Assembly: GCA_009914755.4 (NCBI GenBank)
Contig: CP068257.2
Span: forward strand, 41,696,001 to 41,760,000
Length of the DNA: 64,000 nt
Origin: the human T2T-CHM13v2.0 reference genome, Homo sapiens
Direction of reading: 5' to 3'
Part shown: positions 12,143 through 24,900 of the stretch, in pieces
Position numbering within the stretch: the stretch's first letter is position 1
How the letters are laid out: the number at the start of each line of letters is the position of its first letter
Notes under the pieces: model-generated
What the model saw: only the letters and a program-made list of their open reading frames with translations
The model's database searches: none
What the model was told of the DNA's origin: nothing
Position numbers and translations under genes: made by a program

Positions 12143-13640
12143 TCTTTATTGGGTCCGTCCCATTGGAAAGTCCCTGGTTATGTAAGTTTGTTGGCTGCCT
12201 CTCATTGGTGGAGCTTAAGTTCTGTTTCTCTTTAATGCAGGCATTTACAAGAAATAGCTCAGTTTCGCTTACCTCTGCAACTCAAGCTGGGGTGAGATCA
12301 CTTGCGAGGACTGCCTGGCACCATTCGCTTGGGCCTCTTGGGGCCTAGTCTCCGATTTAATGTAACGGGCCACTGAGACTTCTTTATTTCCGTTTGGAGA
12401 AGTTCTTTGCTTATGAGGGGATTGTTACGGGTTGAATTACGTCTGTCTCCATTCCACTCCCCCATTTATATGTCGAAGTCCTGACCCCCAGTACCTCAGA
12501 ATGTGACTCATTTGGAAATAGCTTTTTGCAGATGGAATTGGTTAAAAGGAGGCCATGCTGGAGTAGGCTGGGCCCCTAATCCAATGACCACTGTCCTTCC
12601 GAGAAGGGGAGATTTGAGCACAGACAGGTGCTGGAGAACGCGTGTGAAGAGGGAGACAGGGACCGGGATGATGCTTCCACCAGCCAGGGAATGCCAAGGG
12701 TCCCAGAGGCGCAGAGAGAGGCCGGGGCAGACGCAGTCCCCCAGCCCCGGAAGGAACCAGCCCTGCCAACGGCTTCAGCTCGGGGGTCCGGCCTCCAGCA
12801 GCGCAAGAGAGTGAATGTCTGTTGTCTGGACCCCCGTCTGTGGTGCTTTGTGCAACAGCCGCGGGACACCCAGGGGTCAAGCCTGACCAGCCGGATGGCT
12901 GCCAGCATGGTCTCGATTTTCTCCATGGGGGATGGAAGGCAGCTCTGCTCCCCTTTCCTGGCAAGGCCCCTCGGAGCTGGCCCTGCACGGTTCATGTCAC
13001 AGAGGGGCCCGATCCCCTTTTTCTCCCCAGAGAGGAGCTCTAGGGGGTTCCCGACAGCCCAGGACGACATGACGCAAGCAGCCCTCAGTCCCAAGTCCCC
13101 TCTGTGACACCCGCTGCAGGTGCCAGGCAGCTGTTGGGGGGCGGCTGTTGGGGAGCCCATCTGAGGGGCTTCCAGCCACAGCTGGTGAGGGTCCCTTGGT
13201 CCTCAGGGATGCATCCTGGATAGGAGTCCAGGACTGCAGCTCCTGCTCACCTGGTTGGGCAAACTGCGTATAGAACGAGGGCCCCAGCACCAGGAAGGGC
13301 CCCCAGCACAGAGGATGTGGGACGAGAGTGGTACTGGGCAGGGTGGAGTTTCAACAGACAGAGGTAGAAGCCTCAGGCCAGCACAGCCCTGGCAGCCTCG
13401 TGGCCCCCAATGCCGCTGGGTCAGAGCCAACAGGACAGCCTGGCCTCACGCTGAGGCCACAGCAGGGCGGGCTGGGGCTCACTCCCTGCACATTGCTTGC
13501 ACCTCTGCTCTCAGCCCCACGCTTTGTTTCTAGGGGCCCGGAAGCTGCACACTCACTTCCAGAACTCCCGTGCCTACGGGCGCCTCAGCCAGCTCTGCCG
13601 CAGGAGGAGGGGCAATGCTTCTTGCTTCCAGTTGGCATCG

Positions 13641-13786
13641 GCGGCCCCTCCGGTCAGGGCAGGTGTCCTCGCCCTGCTGGGGGCAGCCCCTCTGGTCAGG
13701 GCAGGCATCCCCACCCTGCGGGAGGCGGCCCCTAGGGTCAGGGCAGGTGTCCCTACCCTGCTGGAGGTGGCCCCTCACCAGCACAT
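13641..13786. repeat. ~42-bp GC-rich minisatellite x3.5 (gcRgcccctcYggtcagggcaggYRtccYYRccctgcKgg)
   Basis: Three and a half adjacent copies read directly. The unit contains runs of ggg and ccc. Confidence 0.85.
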
Positions 13787-14119
13787 CCAGAGCCAGCTGC
13801 AGCTCTAACAGCTCGGCAGCACAGGCTCCATGGGCAGCAGCAGCTCCTGTCACCAGGAGCACCCTCCTGCCCTGGCCTCCCCCAAGCCTGCTTCTCCCTT
13901 CTGCTCTTCTGGCACCTCGGTAGCTGATTCCTGGTGTTAAATCTCCTCTGTTGGAACATGTAGACCAGCTGGTTTTCCTTATAGGACCCTGACTGGCAGA
14001 CCTACTGCCCTTTAGCGAAGTCAAGAATCAAAGAGCACCTCCAAGCCAGGTATAGGCCAGATTTGCTTCTGTGACATGTCCCATGCGGACCCACCTGAGT
14101 GTGACCACCCCATCTTACT

Positions 14120-14465
14120 GCAAATACAGGTGACAGCCCCAATGCAAATACAAACACAAATACAAGCACAGGTGCAAATGCAACTGCAAGTTCAGATGCA
14201 AATGCAATTTGCAGCTGCACCCGAGACCACCCCCTCCCCACCACAGATGCACACGCACACGTACTGACATATTCACACACACATACTGGTGCAGCCCTGC
14301 AGCTGCACCCCTGAGACCACCCCCTCCCCACCACAGATGCACACGCACACATACTGACATATTCACACACATATACTGGTGCAGCCCTGCAGCTGCACCC
14401 CTGAGACCATCCCCTCCCCATCGCAGACACACATGCACTCATACTGGCATATTGCAGAGCACCGT
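14120..14465. repeat. Compound tandem repeat. A degenerate (caaatRca)n block at 14120-14215 is followed by an ~88-bp unit x3 at 14211-14465.
   Basis: The 88-bp unit is gcagctgcacccctgagaccaccccctccccaccacagatgcacacgcacacatactgacatattcacacacatatactggtgcagccct, seen three times with minor variation. Confidence 0.85.
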
Positions 14466-16195
14466 GTGGTAGCATTGTTTTTAACTGCAAATACCTGAAC
14501 TCAACCTAGATTTCCATGGATAGTTATGAACCTTCCAATGGGCTGCCACTCAGCCGCGGGAAAGGCTGGGGCTGTGTGGCAGTGGAGAAACAGCTCTGAC
14601 GCATGGCATTTGCTGAAAAAAGCAAAAGTGCAGAAGAGCACTAGCGGTGAGCCCCCACCTCCGCATAGAGGCGTAGGCAGTGCTTGTGCCTATTTGCTCA
14701 TTAACGCACAGAAGGATGCACACCGCGGTTGGCCATGCTGCTTGTCTCGATGGGCGGGCGGGGACCGGGTAGAAGGAAGGCTTCACAGAATAGATACCCT
14801 GCGGTGCCTTTAGAACTTTGAAGCATATGCCACTCTACAAAATACATGCAAAAATGTGCTATTTATTCAAGGACTGAACTTGAGTAACATGATTACTTCA
14901 CAAAAGACCCTGGCACTCAAGGCAGGCAGTGGTGAGCAGGCAGCCCCCTCGGCGAACACAGCTGGCCCAGGCAGCTTGGAGCAGCAGTAGGAAGACTCCC
15001 TGCTCGCTGTAGACCTGAGCTCAAGCCAGAGGAGCCAGGCTTCCGAGCACCGGGGCCCTGAGGCCGCTGGAGAGGGTGGCTCTCCCACCCCTGGAGTTCC
15101 CCAGAGACCTCGTCTGGGGCCGGCGCCTATGCCTGCTTATTTGGCCATAATGAATGGGCACTCCCTGGAGCAGATGTGCCTAATAACAGTCCAGCAAGAC
15201 TGCCTCAAGAGCCACCTCTGGGACACACTTTAAAGCCACACTGGCCACAAGGGACGCTGGTGATCCCGTGGTCTGCAGAGCTACCTGCTCAGTCTATTTA
15301 TGTCACCTCACTCCCAGCCAGCCAGGGGAGGCCAGGGGAGCCCCTCGATGACTAATGTCACAGCTGCCACCAGGGACAGGCCCTGCAGCAGCCTGGAGGC
15401 CTGATGTGTCCATACCAACGATGGCCGTCAGCAGGGGCTGTGTGGAAGGACAGAGCTGCTGGGGCCTTGGGAAGACAAGAGACCGGCTGCCGCCTGTAAC
15501 TGCTGGCCTGGCTGTGGGCTTTTGGCTGAGGTCTGCAGCCATGCACTGGCCACCGTGTTGTACAGGAAGAGGACTTCTCACTGGTTTCCACAGTCTGTGC
15601 ACCCTGACAGCGGGTTGTCTACTGGAACCTGGTTCAACGTCTCTTGGTTGAAACCTTGGTGGTGCCAGGGCTTGAAAGCCCTTTCCCCGGAGGGCTCCCC
15701 TGTTGGCTCTGACTTGCTGTCCTCGGTAGGTGAGCCTTCCTGCCCGTCCCATCAGCTCGAGGCCCACAGCCCCTCACCCCTCTTCCCAAGAGCACCCTGA
15801 CACAGTCACACAGAGACCCGCACCGCTGACTTACGGACAGAGAAACGCGCATTGCTGACTCTGAGCACAGGTGGCCTGGCTCCTGCACAGACCCCCCACC
15901 AACCCAGTCTCTGGGCACACACTTCAAAGAGCCTGCCAGGGTTAATGCCACTTCAAGAAACCGGTGGCCTGGGAGTCTAGAATCTTCTGGCTATCAGTCA
16001 GCGGTGCCTGCCTGTAGGAGCCCAGGCCCTTAGCAAACTCCTAGGCTCTGTGCTTTCCCACAGCGAATCTTTAGCACTAAGATTCAGCTCCCAGCCTTTC
16101 ATCGGTTGTGTATGTCTTTCCTGGCCCAAATAATATCGTGGTGGGACACTAGATAGGAGCCTGTCCCCAAATAAATGAGTTGCAACAGTAACTAG

Positions 16196-16426
<231 letters not shown>

Positions 16427-16457
16427 ATGATTTACCCCTTTTAAAAACAATGCACTT

Positions 16458-16620
16458 GGCTGGGCGCAGTGGCTCATGCCTGTAATCCCAGCACTTTGGG
16501 AGGCCGAGGTGGGTGGATCCCTGAGGTCAGGAGTTCGAGACCAGCCTGGCCAACATAGTGAAACCCCGTCTCAAAATAATAATTTTGAATCTCGCTCATC
16601 AGAGCGAGCTTCTGTCTCAA

Positions 16621-16654
<34 letters not shown>

Positions 16655-16662
16655 TGCACTTA
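16458..16662 (+). mobile_element. Alu left monomer (AluS-like), an internally deleted 3' end and an (AAT)n tail
   Basis: Sequence ggctgggcgcagtggctcatgcctgtaatcccagcactttgggaggccgaggtgggtggatccctgaggtcaggagttcgagaccagcctggccaacatagtgaaaccccgtctc, followed by A/T-rich sequence and (aat)n at 16611-16643. It lies tail-to-tail with the upstream fragment. Confidence 0.85.
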
Positions 16663-17019
16663 CAAGGAAATCAGCAAAGCTAGACCCCCACCTACTCCCG
16701 CCCCAACACCTTTAAGAAGAAAGATGCCCTCAAAGAAGGGGGGTGTCCAAAAAGGGCAGGACAAGAGCTCCCCAGGCCACATAGCTTTGGGACGTGGGGC
16801 GGGGGCTGCAGGCTCTACACAGCTTCAGGTTTCTCAGGGCTCCACCATACATCGGTTCCAAAGGCCCCTCTGCACAAGGAGACTGTCTCCTGCATGTATG
16901 AGTTATCTTCTTGCTTTGCCTAACAGGGTATTATAGCTTCGATGTCTTTCGTCACTGGCACAGAGGTTTTCTAACATCCGTCTTCGTGGCCTCCTGGTCC
17001 GGTGGCAAGCATCCCAAGC

Positions 17020-17430
17020 TCCGCTTCACAGATGAAAAAGCTGAGAGGTTAATTAAACCGTTTGTTGTCCCACGCAGAGTCAGCTTTGGGGCTGGGAGCC
17101 ACCACAGGACCTGGCTCCCCACGACACCGGCTGAGCCCGGAAGCAGCTGAAGGTTCCAGGACCCTCGGGGCAGCTCCCAGGCCGGCGAGGAAGAAGCCAG
17201 GGTGAAATTTGCGGAATGGATTTGTTTCCACTCTTGGAATTTGTGATCACTTTGCTCCTCTGAGTCTCTAGGAATTAGCAATTGTGCCATCGACCAAATT
17301 AAGGTGCAAATTATTTGTATTGTTAAACGACTCCAGTTATTACTTGGAGAAAATTTTGCACTTCAATTAACAAAAGCACACATGGGGCAGTTTCTGAGCA
17401 AAGCCAGATTTTATAACACTCAGAAGAATG
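17020..17430. promoter_or_regulatory. AT-rich non-repetitive island with multiple homeodomain-type TAAT cores (ttaattaaacc, caattgtgcc, aaattaagg, caattaacaaaag). Candidate conserved non-coding element or enhancer.
   Basis: Read directly at 17225-17400: ggaattagcaattgtgccatcgaccaaattaaggtgcaaattatttgtattgttaaacgactccagttattacttggagaaaattttgcacttcaattaacaaaagcacacatgg. Not Alu or L1-like, and not tandem. Confidence 0.3.
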
Positions 17431-18888
17431 AGGTCCGGCCCCGGGCCTCGCCGCCCTCCTCCTGGCTTTCAGCTCAGCCTGTCCCCTGGCAGTGCCAGCA
17501 GCTTATCCGCAGGTCCCCGAGGCCACCCGTTCCCTTCGCACCAGAGCTCTCCCCTCTGTTCTTTGAGAAGCAGGAAGCTAGATGGATCCATCTCAAGGGG
17601 GATCCCCCAGAAGCAAAGCCTGAGAGAAGAGCTCTTGTGAAAGTGATTTACTGGGGGAATGGTCTGGGTTTTATGGGGTGAATTGCATCCCTCAAATTCC
17701 CATGTTAAAGCCCTAACCCTCAGTGCCCCAGAATGTGGCTGTTTTTGAGACAAGGTCTTTCAGAGGTGATTAAGGTAAATGAGGTCACTAGGGTGGGCCC
17801 AGATCCAGTATGACTGGTGTCCTTATAAGAACAGGAGGAGAGGACACACGGGGATGCCAGGGGCCTGCTTGCCCAGAGGGACAGCCCTGAGACAGGGCAG
17901 CAAGAGGGTGGAGTCTGCGTGTCCTGGAAGGTGGGTGGGGGAGTGGGGGAGAAAGCAGCCTTGGGGGCCTGGATCCTGGACCTCCAGCCTCCAGATGGTG
18001 AGAAATCAGGTCTGCTGTTGAAGGCCTCAGGGTGTGCTATTTCAGTTTAGTGGCTCAAGCCAACTAAGACCAGGGGAAGGGGCTGGCAGCCAGGGAAGAC
18101 GGCTAAGCCAAGATGTGGGCGGGAGGGGAGCAGCGGCAGGGTCCTGGGGCTAGGAGCCTGAGCTACATGCCAGGTGGGACCACCCGTCCCAAAGACTCAC
18201 GGCTGTGAGCCCCTAGCAGCTTACGGTTGCAGTGGGTGATGAGTCCTGGGGAGAGGGATGGGAGTGGAGACCCTAACAGCACCTGCCCCTCCGCATTGGA
18301 CGCTCAGCCAGCAAGATCAATGCAGAACTCACGGAACAGCCAACCACCAATCACCGATCAGCCAACACCCTGGCAGAATTATCTCAGCATCTGGATGTTG
18401 GCACCACAGGGACCTCAGGCTGCAGAGAACAGGCTGGCCTATGAATGGAGACGGTGCCTGAGCTCGTGGCTGCAGAGGACAGGCCAGCCTGCGAGTGGAG
18501 ATGGCACCCGAGCTCGCGGCAATGTTGCGGGGAAGCCAAGACCAACCCCTGCCCGTGCCCGGTTTCCCCGAGGCCCCGTGTCCTCAGAGCGCGTCTCGTG
18601 GTTCCGGGCTCACTGGCTTCTAAGTCTTCTCCTTCTGTCCTTCTGTCTCAGTCTCAGCCTTCACTCTTCCTTCTCTCAGGGAGAAAAATAAACCTCTGTG
18701 GCTGGCATTTGCAAAAGGGAGAGACTCTTCCTGAGGAAATAAAATAGATTTCAGTCAATGAATATGCAAACTTGAGGCAGGCCAACACCCAGGAGTCAGG
18801 GCTGGGAGACATTGGAGCCCAGCAGCCCCCTGGCCCGACGCCCACACAAAGCCCATTTCAGCCAAAGGTATCAGGTTGTTCACTGTGT

Positions 18889-18920
18889 AAACACACACCA
18901 CACACACACACACACACACG
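18889..18920. repeat. Short (CA)n microsatellite
   Basis: Sequence acacacaccacacacacacacacacacacg. Confidence 0.9.
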
Positions 18921-21604
18921 ATAAGCAACCATTTTGGGGGGCAAGTACTGAAACTCAAAACTTGTTAGCTTTCAAGACCTGAATTCAGCTGCAAGAGGCT
19001 TATCCTGGCTTTTACATTGCAGCATGGTTTTTAATTTTATTTTTTACATTTTTTTAAAATCAGGCAGCCTCCAGAATCACAGAAGATTCAGAGAAACTCC
19101 CAACAGCATGGTATTTTAAAGCAGGAAACAGGTCTTGGCACTTTTTTGACACCATGGAGTCCTGAGTGGGTGGTGGCCATCACGCTGGGTGCAGACCCGA
19201 GAGCAGAACCTGGGGTCTGCAGAGAACCTGAGCCGGCACCCAGAGTGGCGGGGGAGGCCGTGCCAGGAGAGCCAGCCTTCCATAGAGCTTGGAGAGGCTG
19301 GTGTCACAGGGGAAATGAAAACAGGACTTCAAAGAGGGAGCGGGCAGAAGCCCCTGCAGGGGATTTTCTGGTTCCTAACCTGGAACAGGCACCGGTTCTG
19401 AGGCACACAGCACGCAGCCTCTGCCTTCACCATGTGCTGTCCACACGTCCCGAGCCCCTGGCTGCCCAAAAGAGAGTCACCTGCCCGGCTAAACCCACAC
19501 CCCAACCCTCCCTGTCACTGGCTGCTGCTGGGGGTCCATTCACCTCAACCCCATGCTTAGCAGTGACCACCCTGGGCTCTTGTAATGGATCCTCATGTCA
19601 GCCACTGTGTGAGAACCTTTCCCCGCAGTGTTATCCCAGTCACATGAATCAGGCTCTGAGTGAACGCGTGTATTCCTTGGGTGCCTACTTAGAGCAGAAG
19701 GAAAGCAAAGATGCTCACCGGGTAGCCAGGAGCGCCGCTTCCCTGCCCATGCGCCATGGTGTGTGTGTGAGCTCAGGGCACGCGGGCACACACGTGTCCG
19801 TGGTTCCCACAGGAGGAGCAGGGCCCTCCTGAAACCCAAGAGCCACATCCCCAGGAGCCTCGGGCAGATGAGCGGGAGGTACCTGGGAGCTGGAGACAGG
19901 GCCGCCCCTCGCGAGGATGGGCTTTTCCGCCTCACTTCTGTCTTAGCGGCATTGACACCACGCGCATTCACCTCTCCGTGCCTCGGTTTTCTCACCCATA
20001 AAGTGGGGGCTCGCTCTGCCTGCCCAGTTGCTGTCAGATTGGGCCAGGCCTGTACAAGCCCACATGGGGACCCCTGGGTGACTGCGCTCTCCCACCTCCC
20101 CTCCCACCCTTCCCGCTGCGGGACTCCACACACCAGGCCCACCGTCACCCCCTGCTCTCAGTCTCCAGGCACAGCCAGGTGTGGGCGGTGCATGGCGGGC
20201 CCAGCGGTCAACCGCGGCAAAGGTGGTTCCCAGGTCCCTGTGTAGCGGGGGTCCCGTAGCCCCATTGACTGCAGGTCTTGGCTGGGCCAAGGCCATAGAG
20301 CAGCATGGCCAGCACTCCTGTTCCATCCTCTGCATCTCTGCTTCAATTGCAAACAACAGCCACAGTTCACATCTGGATCTGTGTGGTGCCCTTCAGTTTA
20401 AAACCCCTGCCCAGAGGCCATCTCCTTTGAAACTTCCCAGGCAGGTGTCAAAACGATCCTCCCTCCACATGTCACAGAAATGCAGCAGCAAGAAGCCCGA
20501 GGCCTCCAGGAGGAGCTGCGGGCTGGCCCCACCCACAAGCAGCTGCGGGCTCACAGTCACGGTCCTCTGAGGACAGGCTTGTGCTTCCCACTCCCCGGTG
20601 AGCGGGCACCACGGATGTCAGTGCCGTGACTGGCCTTTGTGCTTTGGATAAACTCCATGTGGAATGGAAGGAAAGATGGGAGCATTCTAGAACCTGAGCA
20701 TTTTGTAGCAAGAGCACTGTTCTCACCGCTGATTTCCAATGTCCAGGGCAGAAAGATGAAGAGATATCGTTTTCCCTTAAATGGGAGTGAAGGACAGAGG
20801 CAGCGCGGTGGCCGGTGATGGACAGACCCGTGTCTGCTGGCAGGACACCCCGGCCGCCTCCGTCTCATGGATAGAGCAAGCAGTTTTCTCTATGACGTGG
20901 CTTCTTTAGGAGGCAGCTCGGCTGCCCAGATCCCTCCTTATTTTTTAGTTCTCAAGCCCTGTAGGGTGTTTTCGGTCGCAGTTGTTTGGGCTGTGGTCCT
21001 GACCCTCCTGAGTTCCAGTGGCTCTGTTCAGGAGAGCTGCCTGGGGCCGGGACTTCTGAAACACACACTGAGCCACAGGCCGGCCCGGCGGCTTGGGTTC
21101 ACCGCCGCCTCTTTGTGTGTGATGTCCTGGGATAGGCCCGTGCACGTTCAGATGACACTGTACATATAAATAACTTGTAGCCGAGAACAGGATGGGGCGG
21201 GGAGGAGGGGAGGGCAGAACGTACCACAGCAGCAGAAGTCACTGTGGATGCCTTCGTAAGTTGCATGGAAGGTTTTTAAACCTAGCCCTGCCGAGCAGCC
21301 CTCTCCTGGTCCGGGAGAACGATGGGGAGAGAGCTGGCGTTCAGCCTTCATCACTGGAGCCGTTCCTTCTTCCGGCCCCCCGAGGGCCTGTCCATGATCA
21401 CACTTTGTCTTGCTTCGGGGGTGGCCCCTGTGACCCCTTAGAGGTGCAAATCCAAGGCAGTAGAAGCCGCCTGCCAGGCCAGTGCCCGCCACTGCTTAAT
21501 TCAGGCGGAATCACGGCTCAGAGGGTTCCCTCCACTTTCCAAGGGAAACATGTCCACGGGGTATCTCTTCCTGCGTATTTTCTCACGACCCTTCCTTACA
21601 TCCA

Positions 21605-21965
21605 AGGCCACGTCTCTCGACACGTTGTCCCCCCTCTGCCGTCACACATGGCGTAATCCGCGCCCCCCCTACCCCCCACATCAGCTGCTCAGCGAGCCGC
21701 ACTCACAGTCACAGGCCCCGCCGGCGGCAACCCCACCTCCTCCCGCCCAGGCAGGAAACGCTCAGCAGCACCATCTGCTTGGCTCCTCAGCCAGCCGCGC
21801 TCCGGGAGCCCTGGGGGCGAGGTGGCCGTGGCGTCCTCCACGTCTGTGTCTCCCCGCACGTCAGCCGCCCCACGCTGTCTCTGGAAGCTTCCGGAGTACC
21901 CAGGCCTTCTGCACTCCACGCACTGCATGTGCGCCTGAGCCGCTGTCTCGATTTTACAAAACGGA
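21605..21965. promoter_or_regulatory. CpG-island-like segment with a high CpG count (about 22 CpG in 300 bp; ccgcgcc, cgccggcggc, ccgcgctccgg)
   Basis: CpG dinucleotides counted by eye. The observed/expected ratio is clearly above the flanks. Confidence 0.4.
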
Positions 21966-24900
21966 ATCTAGCAGTCCATGCACTCAGGGAGGCGGCTGGC
22001 AGGATTTTCTGGCAAACTAAGGGTGTTCTTTCCTGGCCAAAGGAAAAGTCTTTTGGAAAATGAATAATCTCTTCCTAATTTGCTTGACTAGGAAGATGGG
22101 TTTTTGCACAGTGGGTTTGTTGAAGGGAGGCAGCTCTTGAAATTTTGTTCATAATCCGACATGACAAGGGTGACCGTATAATCTACCGACCCATCTGAGC
22201 CCCTTGAGAAGAAAGGAGAAGGTTGTTAATACACGCACTGGGACCACAGGCATCACTGGGCCTGTCCTGGGCAAACTGATTTATGATGGCCGCCGTTGAC
22301 CTTCGCTGTGGTCAGCCTAAGTGACCTCAGCGTGCACCTGCCATGATTTCCTGGAATCACTCTCTGGGTTCCAGGCTTCTAGGCCTGTGGTTTTGGGGCT
22401 GGTTTCTCTGAATTCTCAGATCCTGGTCAGAAGTTTGTGGGCAGATTGGTGTCTGATGAATGAGGGCCGCTCATTCAAGAAACCAGCGTAGCAAATGGGA
22501 GGTGGTGCAGGGTCTCTCTGCGAAGCGCTCAAGCCCACTTCCCTGCCCCCACGTGTCCTGATTTTACTTTGAAATTTCCAGTGGATGCAATAGTGCCGAC
22601 CATGTGCACATGGGGTCAGGATCTCAGGCCCGCCAGCTGGACTACAGCAAGTACCCATGGTCTCAGGGAAAAGGTCCCCTGCTGCAGGCTGTGGGGGACC
22701 TCGGCTCTCACAGTGGCTATGCCTGAGAAAGCCCCTCCAGACTCGCCAACCTGGCCCGCGCGTCCTGTCCGGAGGGCAGGGTGGGGCTGGTGCTGGTTAC
22801 AGATGATCCTCAAGGGCACAGCACGCAAGCCACCAGGCGCCCCTCCTGCAGCTGGGTCAGAGAGAGGCACTGGGAGCCTGGCTCCCTCCAGGTCAGTCTC
22901 CACCAGGGCCACCCCGGTGACCTGCAGGAGAGGAAGGCAGACGAGGAGTGGCCCTGCCCCTTAGGGCGCATCGTGCAGGTGGCACAAGGGGGTCATCTGC
23001 ATCCTGGTCAAGGGGGAGCCCACCTGCCTCCTCCAGGTCGGGAACACTCCCTGGAGGCCATGGTGTGGAGCGTCCACCCGGGCTTCGTCCTCCAGCTCAG
23101 CTGCTGGGCCCTGGGAAGGGACAGGCCCAGCACCCGTTCAGCCGGGCTGAGCCGCAGGCAGAGCGCCTTGCCTGGGAGAGACAAACCCACCGCTGAGGAC
23201 ACACCCTCAAGGTTCACCCTTCCCCACTTCTGTGTTGCCCTTAGCTCTAAGGTGCTAATTCCATCTCTAGTTTCAACAGGCTGATTGCTCTTAAGGGAAA
23301 ATGGGGTTGCACAATCCGGCTGTGGTGGCCGGGGCTCTTGGTCTCCCCCCAGTAAGAGGATGGACTTTCCAGCCCTGCTGATGGTCAGCAGGGACCACGT
23401 GGAGGCTTTGGCAGATGAAATGGGGCACATGACATAGCCCTGCCCCAGTGGAAGCCTCAGAGCCATGGCTGGGCTCCACCAGGCTTGCTCCAGCGGCCAT
23501 GAGGACCATGCCCCACAGGCAGGGGCTGCACCTCCACCCTGGTTCCAGAAGGAAGAGGCACAGCCGACATGCCGCTCGAGCAGGAAACCCTGGGGAAGGT
23601 GGGACATGAGATCCTGTGTCTGATACTACAGTGTAACCGGCTAGAAACTGACTCAAAGGGGCATTTTTACAGCAGAAAGAGGCGAAGCACACGTGCATCT
23701 GCCATCCTGTGATTGTCAGGCCCCGTTTAGGAGTGGACAGCTCCATGGTTGTGTTTGAGCCCCACACCGGCCCTGGGGGGTTATACTGCCCTGGAGGACA
23801 GCTGACCTCAGTTCTCCAAGCTTCCATTCCCCCTTGTATGGGCACAGCACCCCAACCTTCTTTTGGCAGCTCCCACGCCCCCCAGTGCTGGTGGGCTCTA
23901 GGGCTCTGGTCCCTGATGCTCAGAGGCACAGAGACAGCATTCCTCAGGGGCCCTGATCCTCTGGCCCGGTTCAGACTGTGGTGGGGCCTCGGGACCTTTC
24001 CAGAACCTTGGAAGTGGGTAGCACCCTTTGCTGGGACAGACATGCCTGGAGCTCCGGGCATTGGGCCACTGCTGGGATAAGCCCACGACAGAATGAAGCC
24101 GGGCAGGCAGAAAGAGCTGCGGGCTCCCTGGCCACTCCTGTTTCCGTAAAGGGCCTGGTGTCTCATTTCCTACTTACCTTGGACTTTAAGGGCCTCCTGC
24201 AGCCTTTGTCACACACTCTTCTTATTTTTTTGTCCATTACAACCTTTTACGGCGGCACAAGCCATTGTTCTCAGGGCCAACGCGTGAGTCCTGTGGTGAG
24301 TTTCCTATTAGTGTGGCTCGAGAAGGTACCCCGTGCTGACGAAGCCTGGAGAGGCAGGGCCACACTGCAGAGCCTCAGGCCAAGGGTGGCGGTGCTGGGG
24401 TCTCATGAGCCCAGGGTTCACTGCCCACCAGGCGGCATTAGCCTGCGGCTTTGGCGCCCAGAAGTCCCGACAGGCAGCAAAGTCTCCTGCTCCTGGCTGC
24501 TGGCCAGGAGAGCCCAGCTGGGCCTCACCTGATCGAGAGGAAACGCCTGTGTCCTCTAATCAGCATCTCACTGACAGAGTCACCCCTGGTACAGCAAGTG
24601 GGCTTTCAAGGACATCAGGTGGCTGCATTCAGGCTGGTAACAACACCGCCCTCAGCTCTCACAGTCTGAGGAAGCCCCCTGAAAAGTCACTGGAGTGGGG
24701 CTGCAGGAACCCCACAAAGGCCTTTCCTGCTCCTGAATAATTCCCAAGCACCTAGGACTTCCCGGGCCTGGCTTCTCCGCCAGTCCAACCTCCGGACCTG
24801 AAGACCAAGCAGTGCCCAAGTGTGAGGTCCCTGGAGAAGGAGGAGGAAGAGTGGAAGGAGGTGGAGGGTAATGCATCCAGAGGAAGACGCTGAGGGTCAG

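Noticed and set aside
16458-16662. tRNA-like A/B box promoters (for example gagttcgagaccagcc)
   Set aside because: These are the internal Pol III boxes of Alu elements, derived from 7SL. They lack tRNA cloverleaf structure, an anticodon arm and a CCA or 3' trailer context. No tRNA, rRNA or snRNA genes were recognised.
17700-18270. Telomere-like hexamers (ccctaaccctca at ~17713, ccctaacagc at ~18265)
   Set aside because: Only one or two units occur, with no tandem (TTAGGG)n array, which is consistent with chance. There is no evidence that the window includes a telomere or interstitial telomeric repeat.
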